A stretch of DNA of 64,000 bases, taken from the human T2T-CHM13v2.0 reference genome, Homo sapiens. The translations under genes were made by a program, and so were the position numbers. Below, one piece after another: positions 53,617 through 64,000 of the stretch; the first letter of the stretch is position 1; every line of letters starts with the position of its first letter. The notes beneath the pieces are model-generated. The model was not told where the DNA came from and did no database searches. It saw only the letters and a list, made by a program, of their open reading frames with translations. The DNA lies in contig CP068257.2 of the NCBI GenBank assembly GCA_009914755.4, forward strand, positions 8,384,001 to 8,448,000, given 5' to 3'.

Positions 53617-56600
53617 TGAACCTTTCTTTTGAAGGACGAGTTTTGAAATACTCTTTTTGAAGAATCTGCAATTGGACATTTCGAGATCCTTGAGGCATGT
53701 GGTGGAAAAGGAAATATCTTCGCATAAAAACTAGGCAGAAAACTTCTGAGAAACTTCTTTGTGATTTGTGCATTCATCTCACAGAGGTAAACGTTTCTTT
53801 TGATTGAGCAGTTTGGAAACACTCTTTTTGTAGAATCTACAAGTGGACATTTGGAGCGCTTTGCAGCCTATGGTAGAAAAGGAAATATCTTCACATAAAA
53901 TCTAGACAGTAGCAATCTGAGGAACCCCTTTGTTATGTGTGCATTCATCTCCCAGAGATAAACCTTTCTTTTGATTGAGCAGTTTTGAAACTCTTTTTGT
54001 AAAATCTGCAAGTGGACATTTTGAGCACTTTGAGGCCAAAGGTGGAAAAGGAAATATCTTCACATAAAAACTAGAGAAAAGAATTTTGAGAAACTTGTTT
54101 GTGATGAGTGGGTTCAACTCATGGTGTTGAACCTTCCTTTTGATTGGGCAGTTTTGAAAATCTCTTTTTGTAGAATCTGCAAGTGGACATTTGGAGTGCT
54201 TTGCAGCCAATGGTAGGAAAGAAATATCTTCATATAAAATCTAGACAGAAGCAATCTGAGAAATTTCTTTCTGATGTGTTCCTTCCTCTTACAGAGTTAA
54301 AGCTTTTTTTTTTTGAATGAGCAGTATTGAAACTCTCTTTTTGTAGTATCTACAAGTGGACATTTGGAGCTTTTTGAGGCCTATTTTGGAAAAGGTAATA
54401 TCTTCACATAAAAACTAGACAGAAGAATTCTGACAAAGTTCTTGGCGATGTGTGCATTCGGTCTCACAGATTTCAACCTTTCTTTTGATTGAGCAGTTTG
54501 GAAACAGTCTTTTTGTAGAATTTGCAAGTGGAGATTTGGAGCTCTTTGCGGCCTATGGTAGAAAAGGAAATAACTTCACATAAAATCTAGACAGAAGCAA
54601 TCTGAGAAACTTCCTTGTGATGTGTTCATTTATCTCACATAATTAAACCTTTCTTTGGATTGAGCAGTTTTGAAACTCTCTTTTTGTAGAATCTGTAATT
54701 GGACATTTGGAGCACTTTGAAGTCTATGGTGAAAAAGGAAATATCTTCACATGAAAACCAGATAGAAGCATTCTGAGAAACTTTTTTGTGATGTGTGCAT
54801 TCATATCTCAGAGTTGAAGGTTTCTTTTAAATGACCAGTTTTGAAATCCTCTTTTTGAAGTATCTGCAAGTCGACATTTCGAGCACCTTGAGGCGTATGG
54901 TGGAAAAGGAAATATCTTCACATAAAATCTAGACAGAAGCAATCTGAGAAACTTCCTTGAGATGTGTTCATTTATCTCACAGTGTTAAACCTTTCTTTTG
55001 ATTGAGCAGTTTTGAAAATCTCTTTTTGTGGGATCTGCAAGAGGACATTTGAAGCTCTTTGAAGCCTATGGTGGAAAAGGAGATATCTTCACATAAAAAC
55101 CGGATAGAAGCATTCTGAGAAACTTCTTTGAGATGTGTGTATTCATCTCCCAGTGTTGAACATTTCTTTTGATTGGACAGTTTTGAAACTCTTTTTGTAG
55201 AATATGTAAGAGGATATTTGGAGAGCTTAGAAGTCAATGGTTGAAATGGAAATAACTTCACATAATAACTACACAGAAGCATTCTAAGGAACTTGTTTGG
55301 GATTTGTGCATTCATCTCACATAGTTGAACCTATCTTTTGATAGAGCAGTTTGGTAACTCTCTTTTTGTGGTATCTGCAACTGGATAATTGGAGCCCTTT
55401 GCAGCCAATGTTGGAAAAGGGAACATCCTCACATAAAAACTACACAGAAGTATTCTGAGAAACTTCTTTGTGATGTGTGTATTCATCTCACAGAGGTGAA
55501 TATTTCATTTGATTGAGCAGTTTTCAAACACTCTTTTTGTAGAATCTGCAAGTGTATAATTGGAGCGCTTTGAGGCCTATTGTTGAAAAGGAAATATCTT
55601 CACATAAAAAGTACACAGGAGCATTCTCAGGAACTTCTTTTTGATGTGAGCATTCATCTCACAGTATTGAAACTTTCATTATATTGAGCAGTTTGGAAAC
55701 ACTCTTTTAATAGAATCTGCAAGTGGATATTTGGAGCCCTTGGAGGCCTATTGGGGAAAAGGAAATATCTTCTCATAAAAACTACACAGAAGCATTCTGA
55801 GAAACTGCTTTTTGATGTGTGCATTCAAACCACATAGTTGAATTTATCTTTTGATAGAGCAGTTTTGAAACTCTCTTTTTGTAGAATCTGCAAGGGGATA
55901 TTTGGAGCTCTTTGTGGCCTATTGTGGAAAAGGAAATAACTTCACAGAAAAATTACACAGAAGCATTCTCAAAAACCTCTTTGTTTTGTGTGCATTCATC
56001 TCTCAGAGTTGAACTTTTCTTTTGATAGAGCAGTTCTGAAAATCTTTTTGTAGGATCTGCAAGTGGATAATTGGAGAGCCTTGAAGTGTATGGTGGAAAT
56101 TGAAATATCTTCACATAAAAAATACACAGAAGCATTCTGAGAAATTTGTTTGGGATGTGTGCATTTATCTCACAGAGTTGAACCTATCTTTTGATAGAGC
56201 AGTTTTGAAACTCTCTTTTTGTAGAATCTGCAAGGGGATATTTGGAGCCCTTTGAGGCCTATGGTGGAAAAGGAAATATCTTTATATAAAAACTACACAG
56301 AAGCATTCTGAGAAACTTCTTTGGGTTGTGTGCATTCTTCTCACAGAGGTGAAACTTTCATTTGATTGAGCAGTTTTCAAACACTCTTTCTGTGGAATCT
56401 GCAAGGATATAATTGGAGTGCTGTGAGGCCTATTGTGGAAAAGGAAACATCTTCACATAAAAACTACACAGAAGCATTATCAGAAACTTCTCTGAGATGT
56501 GTGTATTCATCTCACAGTGTTGAAAATTTCTTTTGATTGAGCAGTTTGGAAGCAATCTTTTTGTAGAATCTGCAAGTGGATATTTGGAGCCCTTGGAGGC

Positions 56601-59600
56601 CTAACGTGGAAAAGGAAATATCTTCACATAAAAACTACATAGAAGCATTCTGAAAAACTTCTTTGTGATGTGTGCATTCGTCTCACAGAGTTGAAACTTC
56701 CTTTTGATTGAGTAATTTTGAATCTCTCTTTTTGTAGAATCTGCAAGTGCATATTTAGAGGACTTGGAGGCATATGGGGGAAAAGGTAATATCTTCACAA
56801 AAAAATAAGCAGAAGCATTCTGAGAAACTTCTTTGTGATGTGTGTATTCATCTCACAGAGTTGAAACTATCTTTTGATAGGGCAGTTTTGAAACTCTCTT
56901 TTTGTAGAATCTGCAAGGGGATATTTGGAGCCCTTGTGACCCATGGTGGAAAAAGAAATATTTTAACAAAAAAACTGCATGGAAGCATTCTGAGAAACTT
57001 CCTTGTGATGTGTGTTTTCATCTCACAAAGTTGAACCTTTCTTTTGATTGAGCAGTTTGGAAACACTCTTTTCATAGAATCTGCACGTGGATATTTGGAG
57101 GGCATTTTGGCCAATGGTGGAAAAGGAAATATCTTCACATAAAAACTACAGAGAATTACTCTGATAAACTGCTTTTGATGTGTGCATTCAATTCAGAGTT
57201 GAACCTATCTTTTGTTAGAGGAGTTTTGAAACTGTCTTTTTTTGGAGTCTTCATGTGGATATTTGGAGCCCTTTGAGGCCTATGGTGGAAAAGGAAATAT
57301 CTTCTCATAAAAAGTACACAGAAGCATTCTGAGAAACTTCTTTGTCATGTGTGCATTTAGCTCACATATTTGAACCTTTCATTTGATTGAGGAGTTTTGA
57401 AACACTCTTTTTGTAGAATCTGCAAGTGGATATTTGCAGGGCTTTGGGGACTTTTGTAGAAAAGGAAACATACTCACATAAAAATTAACAGAAGTGTTCT
57501 CAGAAACTTCTCTGTGATGTGTGCATTCATCTCACAGAGTTGAACCTTTCTTTTAATTGAGTAGTTTTGAAACACTCCTTTTGTAGAATCTGCAAGTGGA
57601 TATTTGGTGTGCTTAGAGGCCTATGGTGGAAAAGGAAATAGCTTCACATAAAAACAACATGGAAATATTCTGAGAAACTTCGTTGTGATGTGTGTATTCA
57701 TCTCACAGAGTGGAACCTTTCTTTTGATTGAGTAGTTTTGAAACTTTCTTTTTGTAAAATCTGCATGTGGTTATTTGGAGCCCTTTGTGGCCAATGGACG
57801 AAAAGGAAATATGTACCCCTAAAAACTACACAGAAGCATTCTGAGAAACTTCTTTGTTTTGTATGCATTCATCTCATGGTGTTAAAGTTTCTATTGTTTG
57901 AGCAGTTTTGAGACACTCTTTTCGCAGAATCTGCAAGTGGATATATGGAGCGCTCTGAGGCCTATGGTGGAAAGGAATATACCTTCACATAAAAACTACA
58001 CAGAAGGATTCTGAGAAACTTCTTTGTGATGTGCGCATTCAACTTGCAAAGTTGAACTTATCTTTTCATATAGCAGTTTTGAAACAGTCTTTTTGTAGAA
58101 TCTGTGTGTGATTATTTGCAGCCCTTTGTGGCCAATGGTGGAAAAGGAAATGTCTTTCTCTAAAAACTACACAGAAACATTCTGAGAAACTTTTTTGTGA
58201 TGTGTATATTCAGCTCACAGAGTTGAACCTTTCATTTGATTGAGTAGTTTTGAAACACTCTTTTTGTAGAATCTGCAATTGGAAATTTGGAGCGCTTTGT
58301 CACCTAATGTGGAAAAGGTAATATCTTCACATACAAACTACACAGAAGATTCTGAGACACTTCTTTGTTTTGTGTGCATTCATCTGACAGAGTTGAACCT
58401 ATCTTTTTTTTGAGCAGTTTTGAAACTCTCTTTTTGTAGAATCTGCAAGTGGATATTTGGAGCCCTTTGTGGTCTATGGTGGAAAAGGATATATCTTCAC
58501 ACAAAAACTACACAGATGCATTTTGAGAAACTTTGTTGTGATTTGTGCATTCATCTCACAGAGTTGAAACTTTCTTCTGATTGAGCAGTTTGGAAACACT
58601 CTTTTCATGGAATCTTCAAGTGGATATTTGGAGCACTTTGAAGTCTATTGTGGAAAATGAAATATCTTAACATAAAAACTACAGAGAAGCATTCTGAGAA
58701 ACTTCTTTGTGATGTGTGCATTCAAATCACAGAGTAATATGTCTTTTGATAGAGCAGTTTTGAAACTGTCTTTATGTAAAATGTGCAAGTGGATATTTGG
58801 AGCCCTTTTTGGCCAATGGTGGAAAAGGAAATATCTTTCCCTAAAACTACACAAAGCATGCTTAGAAACTTCTTTGTGATGTGTGCACTCATCTCACACA
58901 GTTGAACCATTCTTTTGATTGAGCAGTTTGGGAAAATTCTTTCAGTAGAAATGCAAGTGAACATTTGGAGCCCTTGGAGCCCTATTGTATAAAAGTAAAT
59001 ACCTTCACTTAAAAACTACACAGAATCATTCTGAGAAACTTCTTTGTGATGTGTGCATTTCCTCACAGAGTTGATACTTTCTTTTGATTGAGCAGTTTTA
59101 AAACACTCTTTTTGTAGAATCTGGAAGTGTATAGTTGGTGCACTTAGAGGCCTATGGTGGAAAAGGGAATATCTTCACATAAAAACAACACAGAAGCATT
59201 CTGAGAAACTTCGTTCTGATGTGTGCATTCATCTCACAGAGTTGAATCTTTCTTTTGATTGAGCAGTTTTGGAACTTTCTTTTTGTAAAATCTGCATGTG
59301 GTTGCTTGGAGCCCTTTGTGGCCAATGGAGGAAAAGGAAATATGTTCCCCTAAAAACTACACAGAAGTATTCTGGGAAAATTCTTTGTAATGTGTGCATT
59401 CATCTCACAGTGTTAAATTTTGTATTGTTTGAACAGATTTGAGACACTTTTTTCACAGAATCTGCAAGTGGATATATGGAGCGCTTTGAGGCCTATGGTG
59501 GAAAGGGATATATCTTCACATAAAAACTACACAGAAGGATTCCGAGAAATTTCTTTGTGATGTGTGCATTCAACTCGCAGCATTTTACCGATCTTTTGAT

Positions 59601-62600
59601 ATAGCAGTTTTGAAACAGTCTTTTTGTAGAATCTGTGTGTGATTATTTGGAGCCCATTGTGGCCAATGGTGGAAAAAGAAATATCTTCCTCTAAAAACTA
59701 CAGAAACATTCTGAGAAACTTCCTTGTGATGTATACATTCAGCTCACAGAGTTGAACCTTTCATTTGATTGAGTAGTTTTGAAACACTCTTTTTGTAGAA
59801 TCTGCAATTGGAAATTTGGAGTGTTTTATCGCCTAATGTGGAAAAGGTAACATCTTCACATACAAACTACACAGAAGGATTCTGAGACACTTCTTTGTTT
59901 TGTGTGCATTTGTGTCACAGGGTTGATCCTTTCTTTAGACTGAGCAGTTTTGAAACACTCTTTTTGTAGAATCTGCAAGTGGTATTTGAGCACGTTGAGG
60001 CCTCTTGTGGAAAAGGAAATATCTTCACATAAAAATTACACAGAAGCATTCTGAGAAACTTCTTTGTGATGTGTCCATTCCTCTTAGGGTAGAACCTTTG
60101 TTTTGATTGAGCAGTATTGAGACACTCTTTTTGTAGAATCTGCAATTGGATATTTGGAGCGTTTTGAGTCCTATTGTGGAAAAAGAAATATCTTCCCCTA
60201 AAAACTAAACAGAAGCGTTCTGAAAAACTTCTTAGTGATGTGTGAATTGAACTCACATAGTTGAACCTATCTTTTGATAGAGCAGTTTTGAAACTCTTTT
60301 TGTAGAATCTGCAACTGGATATTTGGAGCCGTTTGTGGCCAATGGTGGAAAAGGAAATATCTTCACATAAAAACTACACAGAAGCATTCTGAGAAACTTT
60401 TTGTGATGTGTGCATTCAATTCACAGTGTTGATCCTATCTTTTGATACAGCAGTTTTGAAATTCTCTTTTTGTAGAATCTTCAAGTAGATATCTGAAGCT
60501 ATTTTTGGCCTAAGGTGGAAAAAAAAATCTTCACATAAAAACTACATAGAAGCATTCTGAGAAACTTTTTTGTGATGTTTGCATTCAACTCACAGTGTTG
60601 AAGCAGTCTCTTGATAGAGCAGTTTTGAAACTCTCTTTTGGTAGAATCTGCAAGTGGATATTTGGAGCCATTTGCACCTATGATGGAAAAGGAAATATCT
60701 TCACACAAAAACCACACAGAAGCATTCTGAGAAACTTCGTTGTGATATGTGCATTCATCTCAAAAATTTGAACGTTTCTTTTGATTGAGCACTTTTGAAA
60801 CACTCTTTGAGTAGAATCTGCAATGGGATATTTGGAGCGCTGTGAGGCCTATGGTGGAAAAGGAAATATCTTCACATAAAAACAACACAGAAGCTTTCTG
60901 AGAAACTTCTTTGTGATGTGTGCATTCAACTCACAGAGTTCAACCTATCTTTTTATAGAGCCGTTTTGGAACTCTCTTTTTGTAGAATCTGTAAGTGGAT
61001 ATTTGGAGCCCTTTGATGCCTATGTTGGAAGAGGAAATATCTTCACATAAAAACTACAGTGAAGCAATCTGAGAAACTTCTTTGTGATGTGAGCATTCAA
61101 CTCAAAGAGTTGAACCTATCTTTTGTTAGAGCAGTTTGGAAACCTCCTTTTTGTAGAATCTGCAAGCGGATATTAAGAGCCCTTTGCAGAGTATAGAGAA
61201 AAAGGAAATATCTTAACAAAAAAACTACACAGGAGCATTCTGAGAAAGTTCTTTGTCGTGTGTGCATTCAACACACAGAGTTGAACATATCTTTTGATAG
61301 GGCAGTTTTGAAGCTCTCTTTTTGTACAATCTGCAAGTGGATATTTGGAGCCCTTTGGGGCCTTTGGTGGAAATGGCAACATCTTCACATAAAAAGCACA
61401 CAGAAGCATTCAGAGAAACTTCTATTATTGTGGGCATTCATCTCACAGAGGTGAAACTCTCTTTTGATTGAGCAGCTTGGAAACACTCTTTTTGTAGAAT
61501 CTGCAAGTAGATATATGAAGCGCTTTGAGGCCTATTGTGGAAAAGGAAATATCTTCACAGAAAAACTACACAGAAGCATTCTGTGAAAATTCTTTGTGAT
61601 GTGTGCATTCATCGCACAGAGTTGCACCTTTCAATTCATTGAGCATTTTTAAAAATCTTTTTGTAGAAGCTGCAAGTGGATACAAGGAGTGCATTGAGGC
61701 CTATGGTGGAAAAGGAAATATCTTCATATAAAAACTTCACAGAAGCATGCTGACAAACTTCTTTGTGATGTGTGCATTCATCTCACAGAGTTGAAACTTT
61801 CATTTCATAGAGCCGTTTTGAAACACTCTTTTTGTAGAATCTGCAAGTGGATATTTTGAGTGCTTTGAGGTCTATGGTGGAAAAGGAAATATCTTCATAT
61901 AAACACTATGCAGAAACATTCTGAGAAACTTCTTTGTGATGTGTGCACTCATCTCATAGTGTTGAACCTATCTTTTTATATAGCAGTTTTGAAACTCTTT
62001 TTGTAGAATCTGCAAGAGGATATTTGTAGCCCTTTGCTGCCTATTGTAGAAAAGGAAATATCTTCTCATAAACATTACACAGAAGCATTCTGAGAAACTT
62101 CTGTCTGATGTGTGCATTCAGCTCACAGAGTTGAACCTATCTTTTCATAGAGCAGTTTTGAAACTCTCTTTTTGTAGAATCTGCAAGTGGATGTTTGGAG
62201 CCCTTTGCGGCCTGTTGTAGAATAGAAAATATCTTCACATCAAAACTGCACAGAAGCATTCTGAGAAACTTCTTTGTGATGTGTGCATTCAACTCACAGA
62301 GTTGAATCTTTCAGTTGATTGAGCAGTTTTGAAACACTCTTTTTGTAGAATCTGCAATTGGATATTTGGAGTGCGTTGAGGCCTATTGTGGAAAAGGGAA
62401 TAATTTCTCATAAAAGGTACACAGAAGCTTTCTCAGAAAGCTCTTTGTTTTGAGTGCAGTCATCTCACAGACTTGAAATTTCTTTTCATTGAGCAGTTTT
62501 GAAACACTCTTTTTGTATAATCTGCACGTGGATATTTGGAGCACTTTGAGGCCTATGGTGGAAAAGGAAATATCTTCACATAAAAACTACACAGAAGCAT

Positions 62601-63705
62601 TCTGAGAAAATACTTTGTGATGTGTGCATTCATATCACAGAGTTGAACCTGTCTTTCGATAGAGCCATGTTGAAATTCTCTTTTTGTACAATCTGCAAGT
62701 GGATATTTGGAGTCCTTTGTTGCCTGCTGTGGAAAAGGAAATACATTCTCTTAAAAGCTGCAGAGAAGCATTCCGGGAACATTCTTTGTGATGTGTGCAT
62801 TGATTTCACAGAGTTGAAGCTTTCTTTTGATTGAGTAGTTTTGAAACACTGTTTTCGTAGAATCTGCAAGTGGATATTTAGAGCGTTTTGAGGCCTATGG
62901 AGGAAAAGGACATATCTTCACATAGAAACTACCCAGAAGCATTCTGTGAAACTTCTTTGTGATGTTTGCATTCAACTCGCAGAGTTGAACCTATCTTTTG
63001 ATAGAGCAGTTTGGAAACTCTCTTTTTATAGAATCTGCATGTGGTTATTTTGAGACATTTGTGGCCGATGGTGGAAAAGGAAATATCTTTCCCTAAAAAT
63101 TACAGAGAAGCATTCTGAGAAACTTCTTTGTTATGTGTGCATTCATCTCACAGAGCTGAACTTTTCATTTGATTGGGCAGTTCTGAAACACTCTTTTTGT
63201 AAAATCTGCAATTGGATATTTGGAGCACTTTGAGACCTATTGTGGAAAAGGAAATATCTTCATATAAAAACTACACAGAAGCCTTCTCAGAAACGTCTTT
63301 GTGATGTGTGCATTCATCTCACAGTGTTGAACCTTTATTTTGATTTAGCAGTTTGGAAACACTGTTTTAGTAGAATCTGCAGCTGGATATTTGGAGCCCT
63401 CAGAGCCATATTGTGGAAAAGGAAATATCTTCATATAACAACTACACAGAAGCATTCTGAGAAACTTCTTTTTGATGTGAACATTCATCTCACAGAGTTC
63501 AACCTTTCTTTTGATTGAGCATTTTGAAACTCTCTTTTTGTAGAATCTGCAAGTGGATAATTGGAGTGCTTTGAGGCCTATGATGGAAAAGTAAATATCT
63601 TCTCATAAAAACTACACAGAAGCATTATGAGAAACTTCTTTGTGATGTGTGCATTCATCTCACAGAGTTGAACCTATCTTGTGATACAGCAGTTTTGAAA
63701 CTTTC
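53617..63705 (+). repeat. Alpha satellite monomers (sense orientation). Two recurring monomer flavours, loosely alternating. No CENP-B box seen.
   Basis: The flavours differ at '...ttgaacctatcttttgatagagcagttttgaaactctctttttgtagaatctgcaagtggatatttggagccctttg...' versus '...ttgaacctttcttttgattgagcagtttggaaacactctttttgtagaatctgcaagtggatatttggagcgctttgaggcctatggtgg...'. All carry 'ctatggtggaaaaggaa' (pJalpha-type). Confidence 0.9.
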
Positions 63706-64000
63706 TTTTTTTTATTATACTTTAAGTTTTAGGGTACATGTGCTCATTGTTCAGGTTTGTCACACAAGTATACATGTGCCATGCTGGTGCGCTGCACCCA
63801 CTAACTCGTCATCTAGCATTAGGTATATCTCCCAATGCTATCCCTCACCCCTCACCCCACCCCACAACAGTCCCCAGAGTGTGATATTCCCCTTCCTGTG
63901 TCCATGTGATCTCACTGTTCAATTCCCACCTATGAGTGAGAATATGTGGTGTCTGGTTTTTTGTTCTTGCGATAGTTTACTGAGAATGATGATTTCCAAT
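63706..64000 (-). mobile_element. L1PA-type 3' end (poly(A) plus 3'UTR, minus strand), truncated by the window edge.
   Basis: 'ttttttttattatactttaagttttagggtacatgtgctcattgttcaggtttgtcacacaagtatacatgtgccatgctggtgcgctgcacccactaactcgtcatctagcattaggtatatctcccaatgctatccctc...caattcccacctatgagtgagaatatgtggtgtctggttttttgttcttgcgatagtttactgagaatgatgatttccaat'. Confidence 0.9.

Noticed and set aside
55300-63700. A strict alpha-satellite dimeric higher-order repeat (SF1/SF2-like) in the right block.
   Set aside because: Two monomer flavours recur but do not alternate strictly, for example three 'gcgc/gtgc'-type in a row near 61.4-61.9 kb. Same-type monomers are still ~10% diverged. This is insufficient for an HOR call by eye.

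Overview
This window is human pericentromeric heterochromatin. It contains no protein-coding genes, RNA genes or prokaryotic-style systems. Every long ORF in the six-frame track is a translation artefact of tandem repeats: GGAATGG repeats give 'MEWNGMEW...', CATTC repeats give '[10 protein letters not shown]...', and the GC-rich SVA VNTR gives P/G/R-rich frames.

Layout:
1. 1-12105: alpha satellite, ~171-bp monomers, antisense to the usual consensus orientation. It is interrupted by a minus-strand L1 3' fragment (1881-2331) and a plus-strand L1PA 3' end of 1.17 kb with ORF2 remnants, poly(A) and an approximate target-site duplication (TSD) (10160-11330).
2. 12106-48140: a 36-kb (GGAAT)n-derived HSat3-like satellite block. 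Its repeat unit has captured a ~60-bp Alu right-arm 3' terminus plus A-tail remnant, recurring about 48 times. The block has two architectural domains. One has sparse, irregular motif spacing. The other is dense, with ~0.2-0.75 kb spacing (typically ~0.33-0.45 kb) and a recurring ~2.7-3.1 kb multi-variant module repeated at ~5.0 and ~5.3 kb.
3. 24808-25112: a full-length AluS/Y with a 17-bp TSD, inserted into one of those ancient Alu motifs.
4. 48141-63705: alpha satellite in the opposite (sense) orientation. It is interrupted at 51643-53616 by a minus-strand SVA. The SVA carries what appears to be a 3' transduction of an older-L1 3' terminus, a second poly(A), and a TSD spanning the whole composite.
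5. 63706-64000: a further minus-strand L1 3' end, truncated by the window.

No CENP-B boxes were seen in either alpha block. All monomers carry the pJalpha-type motif, which fits a non-kinetochore pericentromeric alpha layer.

The most interesting items are the alpha(-)/HSat3/alpha(+) inverted sandwich, the Alu-motif-bearing HSat3 higher-order structure with recent internal duplications, the Alu-into-Alu-remnant insertion, and the SVA with L1-derived 3' transduction inside alpha satellite. There is no novel biological system here. The prompt's suggestion does not fit this sequence, and I am saying so rather than inventing one.
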